Source of the DNA: Tubulanus polymorphus
Taxonomy: Eukaryota; Animalia; Nemertea
NCBI RefSeq assembly: GCF_964204645.1
Contig: NC_134027.1
Span: 5,550,485 to 5,614,484, forward strand
Direction: 5' to 3'
DNA length: 64,000 bases
Positions 10,821-25,900 of this stretch are shown here, piece by piece. Under the pieces are notes generated by a model. That model was not told where the DNA came from, made no database searches, and saw nothing but the letters and a program-made list of their open reading frames with translations. Both the position numbers and the translations under genes were made by a program. How positions within the stretch are numbered: the stretch's first letter is position 1; each line of letters begins with the position of its first letter.

Positions 10821-13800
10821 TTACAGTGACCATTCTTGGATTTCTACGTCATCTGCACTGTTATTACCGACTGAATTCAGAGGTTCCTGATTCTCAACTC
10901 GCCTGACTTCGCTTTCACTACCAACACCAGTTTCAGTTTCGGAAGTCTCCTGTTCATCCTCGCTATGACTATCCGTACTTAGAGCTGGCGATTTAGCGGG
11001 ACGCGTGTCCTCGTCGGCACCGCTGATAAACGACGGTTTCATAGTATCGTCTTCACTGTTTGCCGTATTCTCTTCCTTAATCGCCAGGTCATCTTCATAC
11101 GCCGCGGATATTTCATTGTTTTGATGGACGCGTTTCTCTTTGGCTCGTGCGTTCACTGCCTGTCTCGCAAACGGAAGAAAATCCGGTTCGAAATCGTTTT
11201 CGTCTTTGTAAACGCGTCGGACATCTTCAGAAGAGAGAATCCGATTCGGCATTCTATTCTCCCGATATTTCAATCCTCGTAGATCCTGTTCGGATCTGTT
11301 AAGGTTTCCCCGTCTATGAGGAACAAAATCTGCGCTGATACCCTCCCTAATTCCGCGCAGTGGATTACCCCTCATCGATGCGGATCTCATTAATTCAAAT
11401 CTCTCGTTAATGTTATCGTTATTTGGAAATTTATCATCATCGATCAACGCCGAGGGTTTGGCGCCATCCAACCAGCTTTTACGACGAGTAATCTTAACAT
11501 CGGAAGCCGTAGGGACATTTCGTGACGATTTGTGTCCATGTTCAACCTCATTATTATGAGACGAATTTGCTTTTTGCTTTCTAGACGAGCCTTTGCCGCT
11601 CGACTTGCTGCCGGATTTATCGCTAGAATTATCGGGAATGTTTTTAGATTTTGATTTCGAAGATGATTGCTTGTTTTTACTACCAGATTTTCCCCGTTGA
11701 CTGGTCTCAGTTTGTGTGCTCGTAGTCGCCAATGAGCTGAGCGAATCCCTGCGTTTTCGGGGACGGTTTTGTTCGTTCGTATCGTCGCGATCTGCCGACT
11801 GATTGTCACTCAACGACTGCGCGGAATCTTGATGGTGTAAATGTCGTCGCTGAGGATTCGGTAATGTGTTACTGCGTTTGTTACCGATGACCATCGGGTG
11901 ATCTCCACGACCGTGACGCTCCGAATCGGAATTCCAAGAATGACCGTCGCGGGGTCTGCTACTGGTACCACTCGCATAACCGGGACCTAAATCGTGATAG
12001 CTTTGACTTTCTCGGTAATAATGCGGTCGAGGGATTCTCTCGTCGTTGTAAACTGCTGGTAGATCGTAGGGATCCCAACGAGGGTTTCTCTGAGGATATT
12101 CTACACGGTGTTTGAAACCAACTGGTTGGTCGGTTATAGGAATGACATCGCGCCCATCCCGTAGATAAACATGGCCGCCGTCGCGACGTTCATCGTATGC
12201 GACATCATAATTTCTGTTCATTGGTTCGATCATTATTCGTTCATCTACAGTAGGATCGTTAGAATACCGCACGGGCGCCGATCTCGGGTGTTCTCGCTCA
12301 TCCATAAGAACTCTGACAGGTCCGTAGTACGGTATCGTTTCATTCAGATTAATCCCACGATCTGAATGTTGGTACAAGCGATTTCTCTCGATACTCGAGT
12401 CATTTCGAGGATCTAACAGGCGTTCGTTTAAAGAATAATCTGAACTGTACCGAAATCTGTCCGGTTCGCGGCCTCGCAGATCGAATTCGCTGTAACTGTA
12501 CTCCGGCCTCAGTCGCGAAATTTCGTGAACTCGTTGATGTAGCGGCGAATCGAAAGGAGACGGTATATAATTATTGTACAGATCGAACAGATCTCTCGAG
12601 TGGCGCCAGTTGTACGCGTTGTCGTTGTACTGTTTATAGTGATGACGAGGAGATTGTTCTAGAAGGTGAGACTGAGAATCATACCTGCGTGAAACACGAG
12701 GTGATAGAGCATATTCCGCCCTGCGCGTATGCTGGGGTGAACGATCATACTCTGAACGCATATCGGGCCTTTGTTTAGGTGAATCGTACACGCGATGTCT
12801 AGGCGACTGGTGCGGCGGACTTTCGCAAGGCCTTCGATCCCATGGTTCACGCGGATACCACAGATCTCCCCCGCGCTCTCCCACTACGCCGATATAGCTA
12901 TCTTTCAGTTTGTTATAAGTACGAGAATCGAAGCTTCTAGCTGAAGGATAATCATCCGGCGCAGTGGGTCTTTTATTCATGTATTCGTCACCTGTTTGCT
13001 CGTATATTCTATCCTCGGGAATACACTGGTTTTCGGATCTATCCCTCGAGTCTTGTTTATTATCTCTCATATGCGCTGAATCGAATCCGGAATCTCGACT
13101 GTCGCGATCAGAAACGATTCTATCAACTGGAATGCGTTCTAAATCTTCGTCGTACGGTTCACGGCGATGATCGTTGTTTGTATCAACCGGCTGAGCCGAT
13201 CTTCGTTGACCGTATCCCGACGACGAGGATTTGTCGAAACTATCACGAGCACAGTTTCGTTTCTGTTGCATTTCTCGTCTGTCCTTTTCGTTGAAGGCCT
13301 TTTGAGGTATCAGTGGTTCGTTTACAGAATTTACGTACGGATCTTGGGTGGCTAAAAATTTTTGCAAATGTTCTTGCTTGGATTTATCGGGTGAATGTCG
13401 CTCGTGTATCGATGCTGGATCACAGTTTGATAATCCTGTTGGTCTTTTCTCCTCGTCTGTTTCTTGTCTCGGTATCGAGTTCCGCTGCTCCAGTTTGTGG
13501 ACTAGCTCGTTTAATAAACACTTCCTCGCTTCGATTGAATCTTTCTGTTTGTTACCATCAACGTTTAAGGCCCTATTATCAGCACCTAGAGTATAGTCTA
13601 ATTCTGATTCATTCACAGAAGTCGTCTTCTTGATTCCGGAATCTCGACGTGTCGTCAAATTATTGTTATTGTTATTTTTCTTGTTCACGTGCACCTCTTC
13701 GGTCAGTGCAAAGTCCGAATCACTATCATTTGCAGTTGTCTCCATTGTTTTCATGCGATCTCCGGCTTGGTGATTTACCTTGTTTGGTAAAGGTTGTTGA

Positions 13801-13968
13801 GTGACCACGGCTGCTAGTGCCGCGACTGGATCTGACGTCTTTCGAACGCCAGTTAGGATCACATTTTGGTGTTCGCCGGACATATCGGGATGTTCCATCT
13901 GATGTGCGCTGGTCGGATACGTCGGCGAGGTTTTCTTTGGAGTGGTTGGACTGCTGCCGCTGTTAGGT
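10821..13968 (-). CDS. Giant terminal exon of the PDZ scaffold gene (about 1049 codons, disordered, R/D/S/Y/P-rich, ends ...QEWSL)
   Basis: The 1025-aa ORF extends upstream in frame to acceptor TTACAG at 13969. Its phase 2 matches the donor of exon 16462-16300. Confidence 0.85.
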
Positions 13969-16900
13969 CTGTAATTATAGATAAAATAACAGATATTACA
14001 GGCACAAGCATCGGTTTCGCGTCATATATGAACATGTCATTGCACAATCTCGGCAATTCTTATGAAAATATTTGTTTATACAATGAACACAGGCGATATC
14101 TTAGGGAGTTTTTCTCCGCACTTGTATATTATCACTAATAACAATAATGTATACATTTATAACGAAGATCGAATAATATATGCAACTAGATAATATGATA
14201 TGCAATTACAAAGTATTTGTAACATGCGCTAGATTTCGTGGTCGTCGACATGCGTTTTTCAACACGGAACAACTACGCCTGTGCAAGGCTATAAACGGGT
14301 TAGAATCCAGTTTGCAATGCTGTGTAATTAGTGCTGATGATTTTAGTGCTAATTCAATTAAAAGTGTTCTAATCTTTTCGACGAGAACTCGTTTATCATA
14401 ACGTTTCTTTATTAGTATCTATGTCACCATACCGATTTTCATTTCTACCCCGTATACAATCTACTAACGCTGATTGTATTTTACAATGTAGATCATCAGA
14501 AAAAAAAGCTAAATCATTCTGAAATTACTCTTTCGGACTCGATATGATTTGACAAACGAAGTCTCGGTTGATAAGAATTGGTAATATCTAAAGCTTTTAG
14601 CCAATCGTGATTATGGTACGAGTTTGTATATTCGACGAGATAAATCGCGATTGGTACGGACACACTGAGAACTGTTGAAAAAATATATATATATAATATG
14701 TACACAGCATGCAAGACGGTTATTGCAACGGTCTTACAGGGAAGAGGACGCTTGCGCGTTGGGTTCGTTTTTGCAAAAGACGGGTATCAACGTGGCGGCG
14801 CCCAAGGGTATAATCGAACAAACACCGCACGACCTAAAACGCAAATTCAATTGTTATAACCACGAACAAGCAAGTAGAAAATATGAGCAAACTCAATTAT
14901 TCACCATGTGAAACGGCGAGGGAATAAAAGCTGACGTATTCGAGATGAAAACAAGATAGGAATGTAATTAAACATGAAGCGATAGCAAAATGTAGTTGTT
15001 CAGTAGAGAGTAGTTTGAATACAGATGTTCGATATTGAAAGAATGGATGTCTTGGTATAGAGAAATGCTTCATTCTATCCACATAATGATTGTCATATCA
15101 GCAGATTTTCAATTACTACATTATTATTATTCCAATTACTACTTCATTATTTGCTTTCATTTACTTTTTATCCAAGAGTAGTGATGGTGTCCAAGATAAT
15201 GCCGAAATGTTTTTTTTTCGATTTGTATCTGATATTTTTTAGATAGTTTCAGTGGTATTTCCTCGATTTTTTTTAAATTCTGGTCGGCAGGAATTAGAAA
15301 ATTTTTTCAGTACTGCCACAACGGTCATTACGGGATATATCGCAGATTGTTACATTCCATTTCAATCCTCAATTCATGATATTCATTTTAGAATTTAGAC
15401 AGACTCACTACTAGCGAAATGTAACGTATGCGAGTCCATCTGAAAAGAAAGTAGTGTATTTTTTAAATCGGATTTCTTTTTGCATTCTGTATCTCATAGA
15501 TTCTACCGAACCCTGGATAAAAATGAAATTAGGTGGGTTGAAGTATAGTTGGATGCATGTGTAGCAGTAGGTTGTGTTTGTGTGAGGTTTGTTGAGACTC
15601 ACTGTTTTCGTTGATAAAATGTTTTCTTGTGGAATGTAACGGTTTTTGTTGGGACCTGGATGAATATCAACAATTTTGATGGTTTTCGCCTAAAACATCA
15701 AATCAAAATCCTTTATTCTTCCATCTTAATGCGCAGGCACGGATTCAGACGGTAGCACCGTAGTCACGTGCTACCGTCGCAAAAATCTTATGCCCTTTTT
15801 TTCATGCCCAAAGTAGAAAAAGGGCACATTTTTAAAAGACGAGGTAGATAATCTAAACAAAAAGCACATACTTCTTCAAGATTTTGGCTTGATTACCTGG
15901 AAACTACATCGCAATGCAGTTAATTTGCTAGAAAGCACTTCGTGTCAGGACTGAAATGCTTGGAAATCGCAGCAAAAAGCAGATTTTCAAAATTTCAAAT
16001 GCCCTTTTTATACGTTGTGCTACCCTCGACAGTGTTCCCTGGATCCGCCCCTGATGCGCAATAGATTAAATACGTAATATCTTCTTTTATTTATTCTCAT
16101 TTCATTATTTTTTCAAAGGCAACTGTAAAGCATATGATTGAAAATACGAGAACATGCCGTTTGTTATTATCAGGAATATACTGATTAAAAATCTATGCAA
16201 CGGGTTTCGTTTGGTAAGATGCATGGAGTGAATTAGCATACCAGCGTTAACACGAAAGGGCTTTTTTAATTCGAAAATTCGCGAATGTATCAAACGGACC
16301 TTTCATCAGTTTCAGCAGTTGGGTTCGGATCGTGCTGACGTTTGCTGCTGTTGCTGTGGTGTGTAGGGGTAACATGCTGTCGCGGCGAGCACGACTGTAT
16401 TGTCGGCACCGGAGTAACTGTGTCTTTACCGTTCGTCGTCAAACTACTCGGCGAATCGAAACCTGAAAAAAAGAACGAACGTCGTTATGAACGATGGCTT
16501 CATTACACGAAATGCAAATTGCAGTTTTAATACAGCAGGACGTCAATATATACGAAATTATATGCGTATTTGCTTTGTATCTGGTTACGATAAACAAGGT
16601 TGAGGGTGAAAAGATTGCTTCGTCGATTCTATATTACATTCTTTGCATATCATGAAATATATATCTTCATATTTATATTTTTTGACATTGAAAAGGGCAT
16701 GTTAAGAGAAGGACTGAGGAATGAAAATGTACCATTTTCATGATTGTTTCCTATATGTCGATTTGCCTGTGTAATATCTATATTATTTCTAGGCTGTTCC
16801 GGACTAGCAATAGGAGTTGTAGAACCAGATTCTCTTGCATCCGCTACACATCAATATCAACAAAAAGAAAGAATTCGAATCATTAGCGGTGTTGGTGCAT

Positions 16901-19900
16901 TTTCAGTATTATTTCGGGAGGTATTCTTATTTGAGATAACTTAATCAATCCCCGACAGAAATATACTTATATTCATAAATTAAGTCATCGGTCGCAACAC
17001 GCAACACGCAATAGACAACGCCCCAGAGAGAAATCGAATTATTTTGTAAAAACACACCTTGAAGAAGGGGCTTTTCCATCGGTCTGATGAGAAGTCGGAG
17101 TTCCGGACATGAAGTTGCCAAGGATACTATTTGCATGTGGGTCATATTACTGACATCAATATCGTTGAGCTGAAAATATAATAACGTTTGAAATTATATT
17201 CGGAACATTTAACGAATGTTGACTTGATTAAACAGGAAAACCGCGGGATTTCGATTTTTCTGTCGAACCCAGTAGACGAATTAATGTATTGAATTTTGAA
17301 TAGTTAAGGCTTCGTATATTTTTGATAGAATTTACACTCGATCCTATTTCTTCTTTTTAACCATATGGATTATATACTGCTAGGTTTTCTACGCGGATAT
17401 CTGGATCCAGCCATATAAAGGGTGAGTAATAAAAGAAATAAAGCAGAGACGAAATTATACGGATTCTTGTTATTTCGTTGATTGAGTGCTGTCAACATCG
17501 TTTATTTCGGAAGAATCAATTTCGCAATGAACAACCACGTTTGTATCATCGCCGATTGAGCGCTTCTGCAAACATGCAGTTTGCGTTCATTGTGACGACG
17601 ATGCTGCGCATTTCAATGCATCCATCATTCGTGGGATAGTTGAATACAGCAGCCGAAATAAGTCGGTTTGATTAAAGATGACAGAATTAAACAGAATCCA
17701 ATTCGCAGCACGCTAATGTGATCTTCGAATTGTACGAAGGAAATGCTTTGATTATATTCTCCAAGTAGGCGACATAGTATCATTCAGTCTGATCGGCTGC
17801 TGACAATTCTCAGCAAAATTCTAATCATTGATCAGTAGGGATATTTGGAGAATTAGATTTTCCGTAAAAGGCTTCGGCAGAATTTTATATATTTTAGAAA
17901 ATAGATTACATTTTACCAATCATTTCAAAAACAGCGTATTATTTATCTCGACGATATGGAACTAACTGAAATGATTGTTTGGGTCGCGAGATTCAATCCT
18001 TTCAGGATTTTACCTTGACTATAAGGTCCCCGGTTTTCAACCCGACTTTATCAGCTGGTGATCCTGCTTCTACATTCGAAATCATTGGATCCATTCCATA
18101 ATCCGTGCCTCTGAAAATTTTGTAGCAAAGTAAGAATATCTAAGAATACCTTCAAGTCGTACTAAGAAAGAAAAGGGTAAACCTAACAGGCTGTACTTGG
18201 ATAACCTGGTACGTTCAAAAAACCTTCACCGCCACCGACCCCACATCCCTAACACCTGTGAACACCTGTATCAATTATGTATTTGGATATGTTCAAACAC
18301 TCGGAATTTGTCTATTGTTTATGGCCAGGTAAACGTACGAGTTTGTTTCATCTTAGCACAGTATGAAACAGCATGCTTTCCCACTTGTGAGAACGTTTCC
18401 TGCAAATCCTTCAATAAAAGCAGCACGGGGATGGAGGGCTTGGCTAGCAGTGATGAAATAAACAATAGTAATTTACCCTCTTATACTACATCCGAGCCAT
18501 CCATCGGCATCGGCTTGAAATACGACAGATTTGACGTTACCCTTCTTCACTCCATTCTTTGGTTTGACAGTCATCGCCGTCGCTTTTCCATCTGAAAATG
18601 TATATCGTATAAATACATCAATAAGAGATATTATCATTATTCGGTTATAAAGGATTTGGAATTCTGACAACTGATAAAAGTAATCTCTAAATACTACTCT
18701 ATATATTTCTTTATTCACTCTCTTGATATCATCTGATCTGGGTGGAACGCCATGATATAACGTATAATCTGCTGCTGCCCTTTAAAAGCCGACTAGACGA
18801 ATAATGATAGAATGCATCTGTAACTCTGCCTAATGCACCGCGAGAAAGAAAGTCGTAACGTACCAAATGGCGTAAAAGCGAGCTTTCAACGACGAAAATT
18901 GCAAGATACGATTGACCGGTGGCTAGATAAAATGAGGGATTGATCTAGCATTCACATTACTCACTAACTAACACGTTATCGATGACCTTGGACACGGGTA
19001 ATGATCGAGCTAAATGATTGAAGATTCTGGTAGAAGGGGTAGAGTAATTGACTGTCTTTTGCGTTTAGTTATAGAGCAGCGTATCATTATCGGTGAAACC
19101 TAGTTGAAACCTAGTTGAAACCTAACTGAAAATTGTTTTCCAGTTAAAATTTTACTACCCAGAGAATCTTTCAAAAGTTTTAGAATATGATATGCATAAC
19201 TTTCGTTGCATAATATCGAATAAAATAATGAATTTAGATAGATCTTTATATATTTGGGATATCATCCAACAAGGTCACTTCGCCGAATGTTGTCTTTATA
19301 AACACCGAAATAGTTTCGAGCTATGCCGTATGAGTAGGTGAAAAATCTTCGCTATTACACCGTGTCTGCTTTCTTGGTTTGATGTCTATGCCAAACTATT
19401 TTTTTAATACCAGGATGTACATGCATATCTAACCATATATTTAAATAGAGTTATGTAACTGCTGATATTAATTAGTTTCGATTATCAGAATAAGCCCAGA
19501 CAGCGGGATGCCGAGCTCGTTAACGAAGGAAATTATTTGCAATTATTGGCCTAGTCGAAAAAATGGCTTCCAAAGTACGATATAATGGAACATGTAATCC
19601 AACAGGGAGGCAATATTGTATACATTGCGGTGTATAACTTCTCTCATATATTTGTAACTGTGAAGAATTTCAGAATGATACGAAATAACATCTGACACAG
19701 AAAAGAGCTGTTTGCAGACTTCAGTAAGTCAGTGGTACAACATTATAACGCGCCGTAATATATAGTAGACAGCTTTTAGAAAATCAGACAGACCGGCTTA
19801 CATCTTTCTTACAAATACTCTTAAGGGTCTTACGTAGGTGGCTGCCTCCTAAGCTCATGTTTTGGCTGCCAGTATTCTTATTTCTCAGACAGTTTGTTTA

Positions 19901-22900
19901 TATGTTTAGTCATTGTTCTCTTTTTCGTATTAATATATCTGTATCAGCTACCTACGATACCTATAGTTCAATAATTTTGCCACAGAACGATCGAGAAGCA
20001 ACAGGGTATTAAAAACACATTTTATGTTCCAGTTTGTGTACTTTTCGAACCCAATGAAATAACGTTTTATGATTCGAGGATAAACGATATCGCAATGATT
20101 CATGAGAATATCAAGGCATCCGTGTCATAATTAAGTCATCTCAACTCCCAAACAACGTACAATTTTCCTCCATTAAAATGTCGTTGACTTTGATTCATAA
20201 ATTGACCTAGCAGCAGCCATTAATGTGTATATCTATGCAGTTATTAAAAATACCACGCATCATTTGCGATGTATTTTGATGAAAATATTGCCTGATAATA
20301 GAAACATTTCTAATCTCGATTAGCGAGACCCACCTTAAATGTTCACTATTTTCCATTTTATGTATTTTGAGATATGGAGTAGCATACAAGGGAATCATTG
20401 AAGAAATATGAAGATTTGGTGCATTTTATTTACATTCCCTCTCGCAGATATTGTTAAGTGGTCTAGAGATTTGATATTTCATGAATATATAACTTCTACT
20501 GAGATTGATGCTTCATTCAGCCTTGAATTCTGAAGTAAGAGACACATTCCGATATGCACGAATCATTGATTTTCAAAACATACACGAATTCAGCTATTGC
20601 CCGAGGCTGAAAGAGTTATGCCTGATAGGAGCAGCTAGTGCATCTTCGTGAAAACAGTTTCGTAAATCAAGTATATGCTCGCAAATCTATTCAGTAGACT
20701 GGAGCCCCTGAGCGCTATATACTCAGTGTCAGAGATTCTGTGTCGGTAATTACATTTTAAGCGCCGCTATTCTTCGAGGGCACGTAAATTGTGAGTTGAA
20801 CCCATCAACCGCATTTTCAAGTAAATCCATGAACTCACTTGCGACTGCGTTACAACGGGGAATGTCAAATAAGTCGCACTCGATGGTGGTTCGTATGAAC
20901 GAATACAATTTGATCTCTTTTCAAGGGATTTCGAATAGAATTTCAGTTCATACAACTCAAAAACACGACTCCCCTGCACTCAATTCGAAACGAAAAAGAA
21001 TTCTCAGAGAATGAATATAAGATAAAGTAACGTGACAAAAGACATTGAAAAAAGACAATCAACAGCAAACATTCATTAACGATTACATATCGTTAGAATA
21101 TTAGTTAACAAATCTAAAGATAGGTCATTGTTGAGATCTCAAAAAAGCATTTTAATGAGTAATAAGAAACATTAAAAGTCATTTTCGTCATTTTTTCTTA
21201 CGGCATGAAAGAGATGGCTTACGTGCTTCATACTTTAAATCAATGGAAATAATACTGTGACAATAACATCATGGTGATAAATTCACAATAGGTTATTAAT
21301 TAAGTATATCAAACAGACACAGAAGAAGCTCGTATTGCGTACTGTAAGTATGCAAAATATTACCTGCCAGGTAACATTTTGACGAATCTGCAATTTCTTG
21401 AATAGAAAGCGTAAAAACGAGGTTAACAGCTGGAGAGGAACCTTAACAACTTACGATTTGTTCCGATTTTTCTGGGTCCACATCCGATTTGATTTTTCAA
21501 TTCAAAGTATAATGCTAATTCCAAACATTTCAAAATCCTACGCGTTATATCAAAATTCATATAAATGTTTGACTATATTCATTTTACAATATTTTCTAGT
21601 TCGTAGTTTTGCTTCCACGCTTTTGATTAAAGCTATCTCGTCATTTGAATAATTTGGTGGAAGACTAGATAATGCATTTTCTATTCGAAAAAAAGGCGTG
21701 AGTAGACTGTAAATCTTGTATCATGTAACGTACTTCTTCGTGACTGAAGCACTGAATTATTATGATTTTTTTTCCAACATCGTAATTTAATTTGTATTCA
21801 GTTATAATGGACATGCATGAAATTCCGAAGTGTTTTCGCAAATATCGCTGATGAGGCGCTCTCGTGACGGAATCATTTCTCGGTTGATGAGAATATTCGT
21901 CATCTCTCGCAATAAATCGCGGTTGCTTGATACAACCATGCTACAAATTTTTACTCAATACTATACTATGTGTGTGCGTTTTATTCATCAATCGTTGATA
22001 TATCGAAATTACACATCCAAAAATGTTCATTTTCATTTTCGTCTAAGGTGATTGAAATCGTCATGCCTTTGCCATCGTTTCTCCATTCTGTATTATATTT
22101 CAATAGTTTCCCATTTGGGGGAAATAGCTTTCATATCAAAAAATAATAATCTAGCGAGGGTGGTGAATCATTAAGGGTACTCACGAGGCATTCGATTGCC
22201 GAAAGCTGCCGTGACGTACATCGTAATCCTATTCGTATTGCGAACAGTCGAGACGGCGTCGTCGTGGCTGATACTACGAAAGCTAGTGTCATTTACTTTC
22301 AATATACGATCTCCGATCTGCAAACCCTACAACGAAATTAAGGATGATTAGATATCAAGAATATTTCTGATCCCCGGTTCAAGAGATGACGAACAATTCA
22401 CTGGAGCACAAAAAGTTGATTCATTAGTGAATAAAAGTTGACGGATCAATGATTCGTCTTGGACCAAAGTTCTGTATCGGCCGGTTACCCATTTACACCC
22501 CAAATATAGATATTTCCATGGTATCAGTATTTCTAAAACATGTTCTAAAACATTGACTGTCCCTGTGTCGGTTGAATCTGTATGGAAGTCGGGAAATCGA
22601 AAGATGCCAAACACTTGTGAATTATTGCTAGGGTCCCGTTTCAGGTCACGTATTCTTGTAGGAAAATTAAAAAAAAAATGTAATAAAGAATTTCCATAGA
22701 TTAATACTGCGCAGTATAATTAATCAGCTAATAGATTGATAGCAATTCGTTTAATTCACCGTTGAGTGAGTTTATGCCGTCAGGATTACCCGTAGATCAA
22801 CGATCGATAGATTACTTCTCAAGGGAAAATTCTCATCATCTCGGGGCCGGGGTTGACTTGTTTTAATGATTAATCAATTTTCTACGCAGGAACGCAACCA

Positions 22901-25900
22901 CGCTTCAATACTGCACCATTCGATTTATTAAACACTGCAGCTACGAAACGGTCACAACACTCCAGTTCTTTCTAAAAACTCTGAATCATTAATGCGCAGT
23001 TTACTTTTAATGTTCACAATTACACGAGATTTCTTTTTGCTTTCGTCGCAAAGAACAACACGCCTTTAAAAAATGATAAGAATCATTGATTCTATTACAC
23101 CGCTAACGATCTGGGGCCAGTTGCTCAAAAGTTGGTTAGAGTTAACCAGTGGATAGTTGACATAGTGACAATTAAAAGTTTATTGTTTCAATGGTATCTA
23201 TCCACTGGTTATCTTTAACCAACTTTTGAGCAACACTGGCCCCTGTTTAACATTTCATATACTTCTAATACAACAAATTATGCTCCTTTCGTGCAGTATA
23301 AAAAATCATACACAGACATTTCTTTGAGGGGTTTTACGTATGAAATTACGACAGCCGATGAGCTGTGCAGAATTTGACGCTCTGGTGTTTCAGTCAGATT
23401 TCGAAGGTTTGTTTGAATAGAAAGATCTCTCGACAACGCGTGGAAACAAATACACCAATGTTCCAGAAGAACATTAGAAAATTTCTCATCCCCTGTATTG
23501 TATAACAGAAATCTTCAATTACACCAACAGTCTCAAGTTCGTGGTCAAAACTGACCATAATGAAGGAATAAGAAACAATGAAAAGGAAATCAGTTAGTAG
23601 TCCTCATTGCCCCGCGTATTCATACGGTTTCGGAGCAATGTATTTCATTCATATTAGTTGGAATGTTAGATAGAATCGTCAAGAGTGCAATAAAACATTG
23701 AACGATGTTTCGGATTAGTGTGCGTGTAGATGGGAAATGTTTTACGGCAATGGCCGTTTCGGTTGGCGCTCATTCTGATGTCATCCATGGGCATTCCGAA
23801 AGCGTACAGAATTCGGATGAAATTGTTGAACGTATCAAAATGTTCCCCGTGACGATGCTAAGCTTAACAAGGGATGTTTAATGTATTCGGAAAAAGCCGT
23901 TCGACTCTTCCACTAAATGACGCAGAAGCATTTGACGCGGCATCGAAATGTCAATTGGCTGTCAATTTACAATTGAACAGCCACAGAATTCACATATCGA
24001 CGGTGAAATTGAGATGGCCGAACGTGTTGAATGTAACAAATAAACTATATCAAACATCTGCGTGCTGTTGGCGAAGAGGGGCCATAATCAATGAGAGAAT
24101 AAAGAGTTGTATCCATTTCAGTAGGGTACGAATACATCGAATGCGGCCTGATATTGATGTTTCGTTTATTTCAACACGCAACAGTCTTATTCTCGTGCGC
24201 CCAATCGGTTCGTCGTGTGGAATCGACAGTTGACGTCGTGTGGCGATTACACTTGAAAACGTTATCATGGGAAAAATCTACGAATGATATTAGGCTCGAT
24301 GTCAATTTAACAAATGGGGTCGTGAAGAGCCAGCAAACATACATCTAACACTGTGATATCCAGAGGCAAATACATTTATTCACAGCAAAGTATTCCCAAA
24401 AAGCAAATTCCGCGAGATATTACGTATATATTTGTACATCTTTTCCAACAATCTAGGCGATGCGGAATAGATAACGCCATGGACGGAAACATACAATATA
24501 CACATATACCCTTAATACTGTTTTGATGTTGCGGAAACGTATAAATGTTTTCATAATTTCTTGTGTAATGCCGTGATCTATGCATTATGAAGCTCGTAAA
24601 GCATAATATAACGAGCGCATTTGTGAAAAATCAAGGATTCCGTAAAAATGTTTGCACCTTTTTAAAAAGAGTATACAAACGTATTGCGAATGGTCGTGTG
24701 TAGTAAGATGTATGTACATAAATCTAAGCCATACCGTTGCATATTTCGTTTCACGTATAATGCAACCTTCACGGAGGTACTTGAAAAAAGCTAAGAGGGT
24801 CTATACAACAGTACTTGGACAGTACTTGGACCCACAGCTGACGATTTATTCAAATGAATTCATTCAATAGTCTATAAGAATAATTGCTTGCAGTCATAGT
24901 CATTCACTCATTTAAGAAAGTTTTTTTTGACGAAAATATATCATAGGCATTGGCGAAACATATATCGAGGTTGATTACTAACCCAATCAGGGATCGCCTC
25001 ACGAGATCCTCTCTCCGAGACCACCTATAATTTCTTTCTCGTTCGTTGATGTACTTACGTGTTTGTATCAATGAAGATTATCGTAAAATGTTTATCAAAT
25101 TTATCGACATAACCTTTCATATACAGGACTAAATTGTTAGACCCTTGAAATTTCCTTTTCATAGTTCGACATAATTGCGTCTTGTATAAATGGGTGATGA
25201 CATTCTTAGAACAACATATAGAAATGGGGTTATCTAGTCTCCGGTATATCAACATGTTATACACCAAATGACTCCCTGGATCTGAAGAAACGATAAAGAT
25301 TGATAGGTTGGAACCACAGTTCCGGTTTCGAATATGCAGACACAATAGGGAGTCATAGGCGTTAAGAATGTAGCTATTTGTGAGGCCTTACAGTTAATGA
25401 TTCGTAACAAGCTTAGTGATAAGAACGAACTGAAGCACTTACTTGTTTTTCTGCTTGCCCACCTATATCCACGTCGGAGACATAAATTCCAGATCGCACT
25501 TCCTTACCGCCTCGAATACAGAATCCAAGGTCCTCTTCTCCGTAGTGCACCATTTTAACTTTCCGAATTTCTAGCGGTTTGCTAGCTGTAGAATATGCGG
25601 CACTCGGAGGCCGACTGCTTAATTTTCCAGTTGACATCGATTTCGAAACACCCGATTTCGGTACCGGTGCCTTTTTCGTCGGTATCCTATCGGGTTTATT
25701 GAGTTTCATGTCGGGTGGTAAAGAAACTTCCCTGCCTGATTTAGTTTGAGTCGATCGCGTTTTTGTTTTCGTCCTCGAATGTACTATTGCTTGAACGTTA
25801 AAAGTGCTGGCTTCGCGCGATATTGAAGGGCTTGTTTGGGTGCTTTCGCACAGCATTTTACTGCAAGACGCACTTTTTGGCAGCCCTTCAAGAATAACCT

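Noticed and set aside
11444-14138. Several ORFs of 60-120 aa overlapping the 1025-aa ORF
   Set aside because: They are antisense or off-frame shadows of a long coding exon, with no recognisable motifs.
19094-19130. TGAAACCTAGT repeated about three times
   Set aside because: A short intronic slippage repeat with no further structure.
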